From Candidatus Avispirillum sp. (GTDB taxonomy: Bacteria; Bacillota; Clostridia; Oscillospirales; CAG-272), in contig JAZQVW010000078.1 of NCBI GenBank assembly GCA_045632025.1, forward strand, positions 1 through 39,736: a stretch of 39,736 nt of DNA, given 5' to 3'. Each line of letters begins with the position of its first letter. Position 1 is the stretch's first letter. Shown here in pieces: positions 1 through 6,669 of the stretch. The notes beneath the pieces are model-generated. The model searched no databases, was not told where the DNA came from, and saw only the letters and a program-made list of their open reading frames with translations. A program made the position numbers and the translations under genes.

Positions 1-419
1 AGCAAGCGGTGTCATCCAAAGTGCGAGCGAGCAGAGCTGAGTACATCGAAGCGATGGCTCGCGACACACGACGATGACTGGAAGCAGCGGTGGATGAGGC
101 GTCCGGGCTTCGCTGCACGATGGTTAGAATTTGTAGGGCGGGGGTTTACTCCCGCCGTGCCAAAAGGTCAACATACATTAATAAAACATAAAATTTATGA
201 TTGTGTTGAATGCGGGACGTCGAAGGGGTTCCCCGAAACGAGGTTGACGAGTTTTGGGGGTTCCCGTCGAGGGTGCCGTCCCCTACCGTTATCAAATTTC
301 GCATAATCTAAGCCTAGACTCCTCACCCACCGCTGCTTCCAGTCATCGTCGTGTGTCGCGAGCCATCGCTTCGATGCACTCAGCTCTGCTCACTCGCACT
401 TTGGATGACACCGCTTGAT
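1..419. repeat. Large palindromic unit: ~91-bp near-perfect inverted-repeat arms (1-93 vs 327-419) around a 233-bp core
   Basis: The reverse complement of 1-93 matches 327-419 position for position (i pairs with 420-i), with 3 mismatches by hand count (positions 2, 28, 43). The left arm touches the window edge and may extend further. Confidence 0.9.
90..333 (+). repeat. Core repeat copy A (244 bp): GC-rich hairpins around an AT-rich centre
   Basis: Aligns without gaps to 3678-3921 (offset 3588) with 6 mismatches by hand count. Has inverted termini GTGGatGAGGcGTC / GACtCCTCacCCAC and internal hairpins such as ggcggggg-ttta-ctcccgcc. Confidence 0.9.
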
Positions 420-872
420 AAAACGATCATCAATCGTTTTAATAAGCATTGGAATGCAATAAGTGAATCTGAAAAATCGGGCGAAAAGTTCGTTGATATT
501 TGCAAGGATTTTTTGAACTTAGAGCTCTACTCTTTCGACGTTATGTGGAAATATGCTTTTTTTCACGATTTCAAAAAATCAAGAGCAAAGCACGGCACGA
601 TTATCGCTTGTGTTATATTGTTGTTATTGTGTGTCTTGCGCGGAATCGGAAAGGTTCTTTTTTGGAAAGAATCCTTTTGGACTGGTTTTCTCTATCCCTT
701 TGCTATTTCATTAGCAGCATCAGTCATTATTCTACCGCTGTTTTTATTAGGCAAAAAATCTCCCAAGGTTGCATCAATTATCGCAACAGTTCTTTTAGTA
801 TTGATAATTTTGTTTTTTATTGGTATATTTTTGCTCATCCTCTATGGAGCTGTCAACGCTATAATTGCATAA
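405..872 (+). CDS. Hypothetical multi-pass membrane protein (start uncertain)
   Basis: Uses ORF-track frame 351..872. The first ATG, at 405, lies inside the inverted-repeat arm and has no clear SD. The C-terminal two thirds are strongly hydrophobic (LLLLCVL, FAISLAASVIILPLFLL, VLLVLIILFFIGIFLLILYG). The stop is 27 nt before the next gene. The region is AT-rich relative to the housekeeping genes. Confidence 0.5.
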   Translation: MTPLDKTIINRFNKHWNAISESEKSGEKFVDICKDFLNLELYSFDVMWKYAFFHDFKKSRAKHGTIIACVILLLLCVLRGIGKVLFWKESFWTGFLYPFAISLAASVIILPLFLLGKKSPKVASIIATVLLVLIILFFIGIFLLILYGAVNAIIA

Positions 873-899
873 AAATGGCGATAATTAAGGAGAAAACAA

Positions 900-1184
900 A
901 TGAAAATAATAGAGCTTAATCTGAATGGTTGCAAATACCTTGAAGAAATACATATTAGAATACAGGACGCTTTGGACTTTCCTGATTATTACGGAAAAAA
1001 TTGGAGCGCTTTTTGGGACTGCATAAATCGTGACTGTGATGTAGATTTCGTAACAATTGTTGGGACCTCAAGTATTTCAAATGATTTAAAAGAATCAGTA
1101 AATAAGATGATTGAGATTCTTGAAAGAAACAAGCAATTTTGGAACGGTACGGATTGTCCATTTGACTATGAGATAATAGATTAA
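900..1184 (+). CDS. Barstar-family ribonuclease-inhibitor (immunity) protein
   Basis: 94 aa. The motif FPDYYGKNWSAFWDCI matches the barstar core LPEYYGENLDALWDCL (recalled). SD aaggagaa lies 8 nt upstream of the ATG, and a terminator follows. Confidence 0.8.
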   Translation: MKIIELNLNGCKYLEEIHIRIQDALDFPDYYGKNWSAFWDCINRDCDVDFVTIVGTSSISNDLKESVNKMIEILERNKQFWNGTDCPFDYEIID

Positions 1185-1200
1185 AAATGAAACAATGCAA

Positions 1201-1234
1201 AACGGGCGCACTCAGGCGCCCGTTATTATTTTTA
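1201..1234 (+). terminator. Rho-independent terminator after the barstar-like gene
   Basis: Stem aacgggcgc / gcgcccgtt with loop actcag, followed by attattttta. Confidence 0.8.
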
Positions 1235-1367
1235 TGATCCAATATATAACCCCATAAACTACCCCTGCGGCAGTGCCATAGAGGATAACGGGTCCTGCAA
1301 TAGTAAATATTTTTGCGCCGACGCCGAGGACAAACCCTACGGCTGCTGTCAATATAGGACACACCAT
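1212..1367 (-). pseudogene. Truncated duplicate of the spoVAC 3' end (51-codon remnant)
   Basis: Minus-strand frame reads MVCPILTAAVGFVLGVGAKIFTIAGPVILYGTAAGVVYGVIYWIIKIITGA*. Bases 1239-1338 align without gaps to spoVAC 2416-2515. There are 10 mismatches, all third-codon-position and synonymous, and the encoded 33 aa are identical. Confidence 0.85.
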
Positions 1368-1377
1368 CAAAAAAATA

Positions 1378-1406
1378 TTTACATCAAATCAACGGTGTGG
1401 TATAAT
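1378..1406 (+). promoter_or_regulatory. Sigma-A-type promoter for ORF 1428..2360
   Basis: -35 tttaca, 17-nt spacer, extended -10 tgg-tataat. Confidence 0.55.
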
Positions 1407-1427
1407 AATCTTAAAAGAGGTGAGCTT

Positions 1428-2360
1428 ATGCGGCGATTAACTAAGATATTGTTTTCTTTTTTCGTTTCTCTGTTTGTGTGTAGTATTGTCTTAGGATTAT
1501 TAGGTCGTGCGTTCTGCACTCGCAGCAATGACAACTATACATCAATTCAGCCGGAATCCTTTGTTCCCGACACAATAGAAACAGTTCTCCAAGATGATGA
1601 TTTAAAACAAATTTATGTATGCTATAATGATGCTAACTGTGTCAATGTGTATACCGAAGAAGGCAAATTTCTTTGGTGTGTAGCTACTCCGTATATGCGA
1701 AATTCCTACTTTGAGTTGCAAGATGATAAACTTATCATTTATAACGGGGATGCTTATATTTATGACTCCCAAAACGGTTCTTTTTTGGGAATTGAAAACG
1801 AAGAAAACCTAAATTTAAATTATGATTGGGAACAAAAATACGATGACCAATTCAAAAAAGGAAGCTTTTATTTTGACAGTTTTCAAGTTTATAAAGCAAA
1901 TGCAGATGGTACTTTGACTACCATCGTCAGCCGTCCTTGGTGGCATCACATATTTGATTACTCACTCTGTCTTGGTATAGCTTTCCTTGGTGCGATTGGT
2001 ATTGGCATAAGTATATTTTTAGAAAAGAAAAAAGATTATAACGCAGTAAAGAAAACTGTTGTTTTCGAAAATCGCAAAGCGAGAATTATCAAAGATTATT
2101 TCAAAATAACAACCATCATACACTCGACATATTTTGCCTTAAATATCATCTGCGCCTTTTTTACCGATTGGTTAATCATCGGCATTATCCCGCTGGCTCT
2201 CCATATGATTATTTCAAGCATTATACTGCGGAATATGAAAGATCGGTTATCGTGCAAATCAGAGGAAATGCAAGTAATTGACTTCTGGGAAACAACAGAA
2301 TTTGGTTCTTTTGTGATAGCATTCATTTCCGTCATCATTGTATCTTCAATAGCAGTTTAA
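1428..2360 (+). CDS. Hypothetical membrane protein: N-terminal anchor, ~170-aa extracytoplasmic domain, C-terminal multi-TM block
   Basis: ATG at 1428 follows SD agaggtga. The track start at 1395 is a GTG with no SD. Hydrophobic segments lie at the N-terminus and in the last ~130 aa. The gene is AT-rich, and I recognise no family. Confidence 0.6.
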   Translation: MRRLTKILFSFFVSLFVCSIVLGLLGRAFCTRSNDNYTSIQPESFVPDTIETVLQDDDLKQIYVCYNDANCVNVYTEEGKFLWCVATPYMRNSYFELQDDKLIIYNGDAYIYDSQNGSFLGIENEENLNLNYDWEQKYDDQFKKGSFYFDSFQVYKANADGTLTTIVSRPWWHHIFDYSLCLGIAFLGAIGIGISIFLEKKKDYNAVKKTVVFENRKARIIKDYFKITTIIHSTYFALNIICAFFTDWLIIGIIPLALHMIISSIILRNMKDRLSCKSEEMQVIDFWETTEFGSFVIAFISVIIVSSIAV

Positions 2361-2365
2361 GTGGT

Positions 2366-2396
2366 AAACCGCACCAAGAAATTGGTGCGGTTTTTG
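2366..2396 (+). terminator. Terminator hairpin between convergent ORF 1428..2360 and spoVAC
   Basis: Stem aaaccgcaccaa / ttggtgcggttt followed by tttttg. Confidence 0.8.
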
Positions 2397-2397
2397 T

Positions 2398-2838
2398 TTA
2401 AAACATTGTCGTAAACCAATATATAACCCCATAGACCACCCCTGCGGCAGTGCCGTATAGGATAACGGGACCGGCTATTGTGAATATCTTTGCGCCGACG
2501 CCGAGGACAAACCCTTCACCCTTTGAATCCACCGCGGGGGATGCAACCGCGTTTGCAAAGCCCGTGATTGGCACAAGGGTGCCTGCCCCCGCGTGCTTGG
2601 CTATGTTATCAAAAATGCCGATGCCCGTCAGCAGCGCAGTTATAAATATAAGAGTCACCGACACGAGAGTGGATGCCATTTTATCGGGCAGCCATATGCC
2701 GTAAAGCTGTGATAGCCCCTCGGCTATAAGACATATTGTGCCACCAATCAAAAACGCCTTTGTGCAGTTCTTTTTGGAATCCGTTTTCGTGGCAATCGCC
2801 TTGGCATATTTTTTGTAGTATTTCTTGTTTATTTTCAT
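2398..2838 (-). CDS. spoVAC: Stage V sporulation protein AC (SpoVAC)
   Basis: 146 aa. Shows the characteristic FDNIAKHAGAGTLVPITGFANAVASPAVDSKGEGFVLGVGAKIF segment and 4 TM helices. SD aaaaggagc lies upstream of the ATG at 2838. Confidence 0.85.
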   Translation of the reverse strand: MKINKKYYKKYAKAIATKTDSKKNCTKAFLIGGTICLIAEGLSQLYGIWLPDKMASTLVSVTLIFITALLTGIGIFDNIAKHAGAGTLVPITGFANAVASPAVDSKGEGFVLGVGAKIFTIAGPVILYGTAAGVVYGVIYWFTTMF

Positions 2839-2877
2839 ATTTGCTCCTTTTTTTCGTCAAAGAGAGATACATCACGC

Positions 2878-3035
2878 GGTAGGGGACGGCGCCCTCGACG
2901 TCCCGTCCTTACATACACAAAACAAATAAGATGTTTGAAACTTAGATATAATATTATTAATTACAAACACTTCTATCATACATAATAATTTCAAATCATT
3001 TCTTTATCGGGACGTCGAGGGCGCCGTCCCCTACC
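2878..3035. repeat. Perfect 28-bp inverted repeat (ggtaggggacggcgccctcgacgtcccg) around a 102-bp AT-rich spacer
   Basis: Arm 2878-2905 is the exact reverse complement of 3008-3035. The arm motif and the spacer start (acatacacaaaacaaataag) resemble parts of the 244-bp core (cgggacgtcga..gtcccctacc; acatacattaataaaacataaaa). Confidence 0.9.
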
Positions 3036-3117
3036 TATTCGGTTTGCGATCATTATAAAATGCTCTGTATAATCCTTTCCCAAGGCAATGTTTTTTAAAC
3101 TATTTACAATATATTTT

Positions 3118-3146
3118 TTGACTTTTTCATAAAAATATAATATACT
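3118..3146 (+). promoter_or_regulatory. Putative sigma-A promoter for the zinc-ribbon gene
   Basis: -35 ttgact, 17-nt spacer, -10 tatact. Confidence 0.45.
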
Positions 3147-3190
3147 ATAATCATCTAAGTGTTAAACTTAAGAAAGGTACGGTATACAAA

Positions 3191-3568
3191 ATGGCATTTT
3201 GGGACGAACTTACAAAAAGCGCAAAGGACGCGGCTGCGTTCACTAAAAAGAAGACTGAAGAGCTGACAGCTCTTGCAAAGCTGAAGCTTTCCCTCCACGG
3301 GGAGGAATCCAAGCTTGAAAAGTGCTACAGCGAGATCGGAGAGCACTACTACAATTTCCAGCGCAAGGAAGAGGATCACGCGGCTGAGATCGCGGCGCTT
3401 CTCCTTGAGGCAGACGATCTGAACGCTAAGATCGCAGAGCTGAAGGCTCAGCTTGCAACTCTTCAGAACGACGTTATCTGCAAGAAGTGCGGCGAGCAGA
3501 TCCCCGTTGAGGCATCCTTTTGCCCCATCTGCGGCCAGAAGCAGGACGAAGAAGAAATAAGCGAATAA
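3191..3568 (+). CDS. Zinc-ribbon domain protein with N-terminal coiled coil
   Basis: 125 aa. C-terminal CKKCGEQIPVEASFCPICG (CxxC-N11-CxxC), a heptad-like charged N-terminal region, SD aagaaagg, and a terminator downstream. Confidence 0.7.
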   Translation: MAFWDELTKSAKDAAAFTKKKTEELTALAKLKLSLHGEESKLEKCYSEIGEHYYNFQRKEEDHAAEIAALLLEADDLNAKIAELKAQLATLQNDVICKKCGEQIPVEASFCPICGQKQDEEEISE

Positions 3569-3570
3569 TA

Positions 3571-3598
3571 AAAAAGGAGGCAAAAGCCTCCTTTTTTT
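3571..3598 (+). terminator. Rho-independent terminator
   Basis: Stem ggaggc-aaaa-gcctcc followed by ttttttt. Confidence 0.85.
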
Positions 3599-3616
3599 AT
3601 TTCATAAGAAATGAGA

Positions 3617-3976
3617 TAAACGATAATTTAGCGTACTAAGCCTTCCCTGGGGGGAAAGGGGGCGAACCACTTCGTTAGTGGAAGAGGCGTCCGGGCTTCG
3701 CTGCACGATGGTTAGAATTTGTAGGGCGGGGGTTTACTCCCGCCGTGCCTAAAGGTCAACATACATTAATAAAACATAAAATTTATGATTGTGTTGAATG
3801 CGGGACGTCGAAGGGGTTCCCCGAAACGAGGTTGACGAGTTTTGGGGGTTCCCGTCGAGGGCAACCTCCCCTACCGTTATCAAATTTCGCATAATCTAAG
3901 CCTAGACTCCTCACCCACCGCAAGCGGTCCCCCCTCCCCCATGGGAGGGCTAAGGGGTTAAACGATAATTTAGCGT
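3617..3976. mobile_element. Nested MITE-like non-coding element flanked by perfect 18-bp direct repeats
   Basis: taaacgataatttagcgt occurs at 3617-3634 and again at 3959-3976. Between them are imperfect ~45-bp inverted termini (ctaagccttccctggggggaaaggggg.. / ..cccccctcccccatgggagggctaagg) enclosing core copy B. No ORF is conserved between the two core copies. Confidence 0.55.
3678..3921 (+). repeat. Core repeat copy B (244 bp)
   Basis: Gap-free match to 90-333. Four of the 6 mismatches cluster at 3862-3866, in one hairpin arm. Confidence 0.9.
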
Positions 3977-3977
3977 T

Positions 3978-4685
3978 TTATCCCTCGTACTCGTCCTCAG
4001 CAGAGTCGAAGCTTATATAGCTGCAGGGATCAACGTATTCTCCGTTTATCTTCATCTCAAAATGGACGTGGGGCTCTTCGGAAACCTCAACGAGCGCGCT
4101 TTCGCCTCCAACGGCAATAAACGTGCCCTCGGAAACAACAGCCCCAACGGCTATTCCTTCTGGAAGCTCGGGGGAGAGATTTTTATATATAGTCTCCGCC
4201 CCGCCTGAGTGGGCAATGCTGATACAAGTTCCCATCAAGGGGTCCTCCCAAACATTCGAGATAGTTCCGCCTGCCGCGGCAAGTATTCGCTCTCCGCTCT
4301 TAACGTATATATCAATTCCGTTATGTGTTCTGTAGTCCTCCATTGTTACGGAAAAAACGGGAACGTCCATGCTATAGTCCTTAACAAGCTTTCCGTTTGT
4401 GGGGTTTACAAAGCGTGAAGGCATTTTCTGATCTTCAGCCTCGGTCTCCGCCTCGCTATCCTTGCTATCTTCATTCTTTGAAGGGCTGAAAACATCCTCT
4501 GCCACGTCCTTATCCTCATTATTTTCAATAATGCTTTCGCCCGTTGTTTCAAGACTGAGACCGTCGCTTACGTTCTGTCCCATTCGGCTCATAGCCCCTG
4601 CAACTGCGGCAATTATTGCCACCGCCATCAGTATCACAATAAGGGCTACGTATAAATTTCCTTTTCTTTTTGCTCTGCTATTCAT
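3978..4685 (-). CDS. M23/LytM-family metallopeptidase with N-terminal membrane anchor
   Basis: HNGIDI (HxxxD) and HVHFEM (HxH) motifs, with N-terminal TM LYVALIVILMAVAIIAAVAGA. The ATG at 4685 with SD aaagga is preferred over the TTG at 4703. Confidence 0.8.
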   Translation of the reverse strand: MNSRAKRKGNLYVALIVILMAVAIIAAVAGAMSRMGQNVSDGLSLETTGESIIENNEDKDVAEDVFSPSKNEDSKDSEAETEAEDQKMPSRFVNPTNGKLVKDYSMDVPVFSVTMEDYRTHNGIDIYVKSGERILAAAGGTISNVWEDPLMGTCISIAHSGGAETIYKNLSPELPEGIAVGAVVSEGTFIAVGGESALVEVSEEPHVHFEMKINGEYVDPCSYISFDSAEDEYEG

Positions 4686-4752
4686 TTGACATATTCCTTT
4701 CAAGGTTTAGCTTTCTGTTTTATTTTTGCCACTGACAACAAAAATATTCACA

Positions 4753-4781
4753 TTGACAAGAGATTGGGAAAATGTTAAAAT
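4753..4781 (+). promoter_or_regulatory. Sigma-A promoter for the ThyX-like gene
   Basis: -35 ttgaca, 17-nt spacer, extended -10 tgt-taaaat. Confidence 0.6.
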
Positions 4782-4808
4782 GAAGAAAATGATACGTGCG
4801 AGGTAGTT

Positions 4809-5429
4809 ATGATCAAGCTTGAAAAAACTTCCGTTATGAATATAGACAACGCCATCCGCGGCGCAAGAAACCCTCTTAACAGCTGGGCGAAAAGCGACAG
4901 CTATTACGACGATGAAAACAATTTCGTTTTGGGCGCGGCTGACATGGGCCTCGGCCACCGCCTTGCTATTGCAGGCAACGACCACAGAAAGTTTCTGCGT
5001 ATGGTATTCGTTTCCGTTGACATTACTGCCCCTCTCTACTGGTGGAAGGAATACGACACCTACAAGGTTGGAACTGTTGCAAACTCCACAAGCACAATGC
5101 ACAAGATCCACTCAAAGCCCTTCGCTCGCGAAGACTTCTCCTGCGACAGAATGAGCGAAAAGGCGCTCTCCTGCCTTGACAACGTTATAAACGTTCTTGA
5201 GGAAACACGCCTTGAGTTTATTGAAACAAAGGAGAGAGCACATTGGGACGATCTTATTCAGCTTCTTCCCTCCTCCTACAATCAGACTCGCACATGCACA
5301 ATGAACTATGAAAATCTGATCAATATGTACTATGCAAGAAAAAATCACAAGCTCCCCGAATGGCACGAATTCTGCCATTGGATAGAGTCTCTCCCCTATG
5401 CAAAGGAATGGATCCTTATTAAGGAATAA
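4809..5429 (+). CDS. ThyX-fold (FAD-dependent thymidylate synthase-like) protein lacking the RHR..SxR signature
   Basis: 206 aa. Segments IRGARNPLNSW, DHRKFLRMVFVSVDITAPLYWW and TCTMNYENLINMYYARKNHKLPEWHEF align by eye with ThyX blocks (AARVS.., [47 protein letters not shown]). The RHRxxSxxxxSxR motif is replaced by YDTYKVGTVANSTSTMH. Confidence 0.55.
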   Translation: MIKLEKTSVMNIDNAIRGARNPLNSWAKSDSYYDDENNFVLGAADMGLGHRLAIAGNDHRKFLRMVFVSVDITAPLYWWKEYDTYKVGTVANSTSTMHKIHSKPFAREDFSCDRMSEKALSCLDNVINVLEETRLEFIETKERAHWDDLIQLLPSSYNQTRTCTMNYENLINMYYARKNHKLPEWHEFCHWIESLPYAKEWILIKE

Positions 5430-5433
5430 TATT

Positions 5434-5462
5434 AAAGCCCCCGAAAAAACGGGGGCTTTTAT
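5434..5462 (+). terminator. Rho-independent terminator
   Basis: Stem gcccccg-aaaaaa-cgggggc followed by ttttat. Confidence 0.85.
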
Positions 5463-5481
5463 TATTTATATAACGGAACAC

Positions 5482-5509
5482 AAAAAACCGCCTCGTTTGA
5501 GGCGGTTTT
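5482..5509 (-). terminator. Terminator downstream of ftsZ
   Basis: Stem aaaaccgcctc-gttt-gaggcggtttt. The U-run on the minus strand comes from the a-run at 5482-5487. Confidence 0.8.
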
Positions 5510-5523
5510 AATATGTTATTTAA

Positions 5524-6669
5524 TTAGAAGTAGCGCTTGAAGGCAGGAGCGGGAGCATCTTCCTTCTTATCCTTCTTCTGGAGCATACCGAGAAGCTCGT
5601 CGAGCTCATCATCTGTAATATCGTCGGATTCGATCTCGGGCTTTTCTTCCACAACTGCTGTTGCTGTCTTTCTTGCAATGGGAGTGGATGCCTTGGGAGC
5701 AACCTTCTCGTGGTTGTTTTCAAAGCCTGTAGCGATGATTGTAACCTTCATTGCATCTTCCATTTCAGGATCGAATGCTACACCCCAAATAACTGTTGCA
5801 TCTTCGTGAGCCTCGTTTGCGATCATTGTGCAAGCGATGTCGATCTCGTCCATGCTGATATCAGGGGATGCTGTGATGTTACCAAGGATACCCTTAGCGC
5901 CGGAAATAGATGTTTCAAGAAGGGGGCTGGAGATTGCAGCCTTTGCAGCGCACTCTGCCTTTTCCTTACCTGTTGCATAGCCTACGCCCATGTGAGCATA
6001 GCCTGCGTTCTGCATAACGCTTGTTACGTCTGCAAAGTCAAGGTTGATATATCCGGGAACGTTGATAAGCTCGGAAATGCTCTGTACGCCGTGGCTGAGA
6101 ACGTCGTGTGCGATCTCAAATGCGTTGATCATTGTGATGGGCTTATCGGAAACCTGCTTAAGACGCTCGTTGGGGATAATAACGAGAGAGTCTACGTACT
6201 GGCTGAGAGCAGCGATACCTGCTTCTGCCTGTGTGAGACGCTTCTTACCTTCAAATGCGAAGGGCTTTGTTACGATACCGATTGTGAGCATGCCCATTTC
6301 CTTTGCAACCTTTGCAACAACGGGAGCTGCACCTGTACCTGTACCACCACCCATACCGGTTGTGATAAATACCATATCAGCGCCTGTGAGAGAATCCTTG
6401 ATCTCCTCGATGCTCTCCTCAGCAGATTTTTCACCTACTGCAGGGTTGCTACCTGCGCCGTGACCCTTAGTGATCTTCTCACCAATGGAAATTTTATTTG
6501 TAGCTGCAGAATGGATAAGTGCCTGTCTGTCTGTGTTAATAGCGATGAAATCTACACCGCGAACATTGCTGGAAATCATACGGTTTACAGCATTGTTTCC
6601 GCCGCCGCCTACACCGATTACTTTTATGTTGACGCCGCTTTCAAAGTTATCATCAAGTTCAAAAGCCAT
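5524..6669 (-). CDS. ftsZ: Cell division GTPase FtsZ
   Basis: [17 protein letters not shown] and the tubulin signature [15 protein letters not shown] ggagga upstream. Confidence 0.97.
   Translation of the reverse strand: MAFELDDNFESGVNIKVIGVGGGGNNAVNRMISSNVRGVDFIAINTDRQALIHSAATNKISIGEKITKGHGAGSNPAVGEKSAEESIEEIKDSLTGADMVFITTGMGGGTGTGAAPVVAKVAKEMGMLTIGIVTKPFAFEGKKRLTQAEAGIAALSQYVDSLVIIPNERLKQVSDKPITMINAFEIAHDVLSHGVQSISELINVPGYINLDFADVTSVMQNAGYAHMGVGYATGKEKAECAAKAAISSPLLETSISGAKGILGNITASPDISMDEIDIACTMIANEAHEDATVIWGVAFDPEMEDAMKVTIIATGFENNHEKVAPKASTPIARKTATAVVEEKPEIESDDITDDELDELLGMLQKKDKKEDAPAPAFKRYF

Noticed and set aside
94-306. 70-aa ORF inside core repeat copy A.
   Set aside because: It runs through the hairpin repeats. 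Its ATG is not conserved in copy B (aag at the equivalent position), so the ORF is absent from the track there. It has no SD.
351-404. GTG start at 351 for the membrane-protein ORF.
   Set aside because: The extra 18 codons lie wholly within the inverted-repeat arm and have no SD. The first ATG, at 405, is preferred, but even that start is uncertain.
1-4000. A prophage or integrative-element interpretation of the accessory patch.
   Set aside because: No integrase, recombinase, transposase or phage structural gene is present in the window. Only the repeat architecture and the composition suggest mobility, so the findings above are framed as hypotheses.
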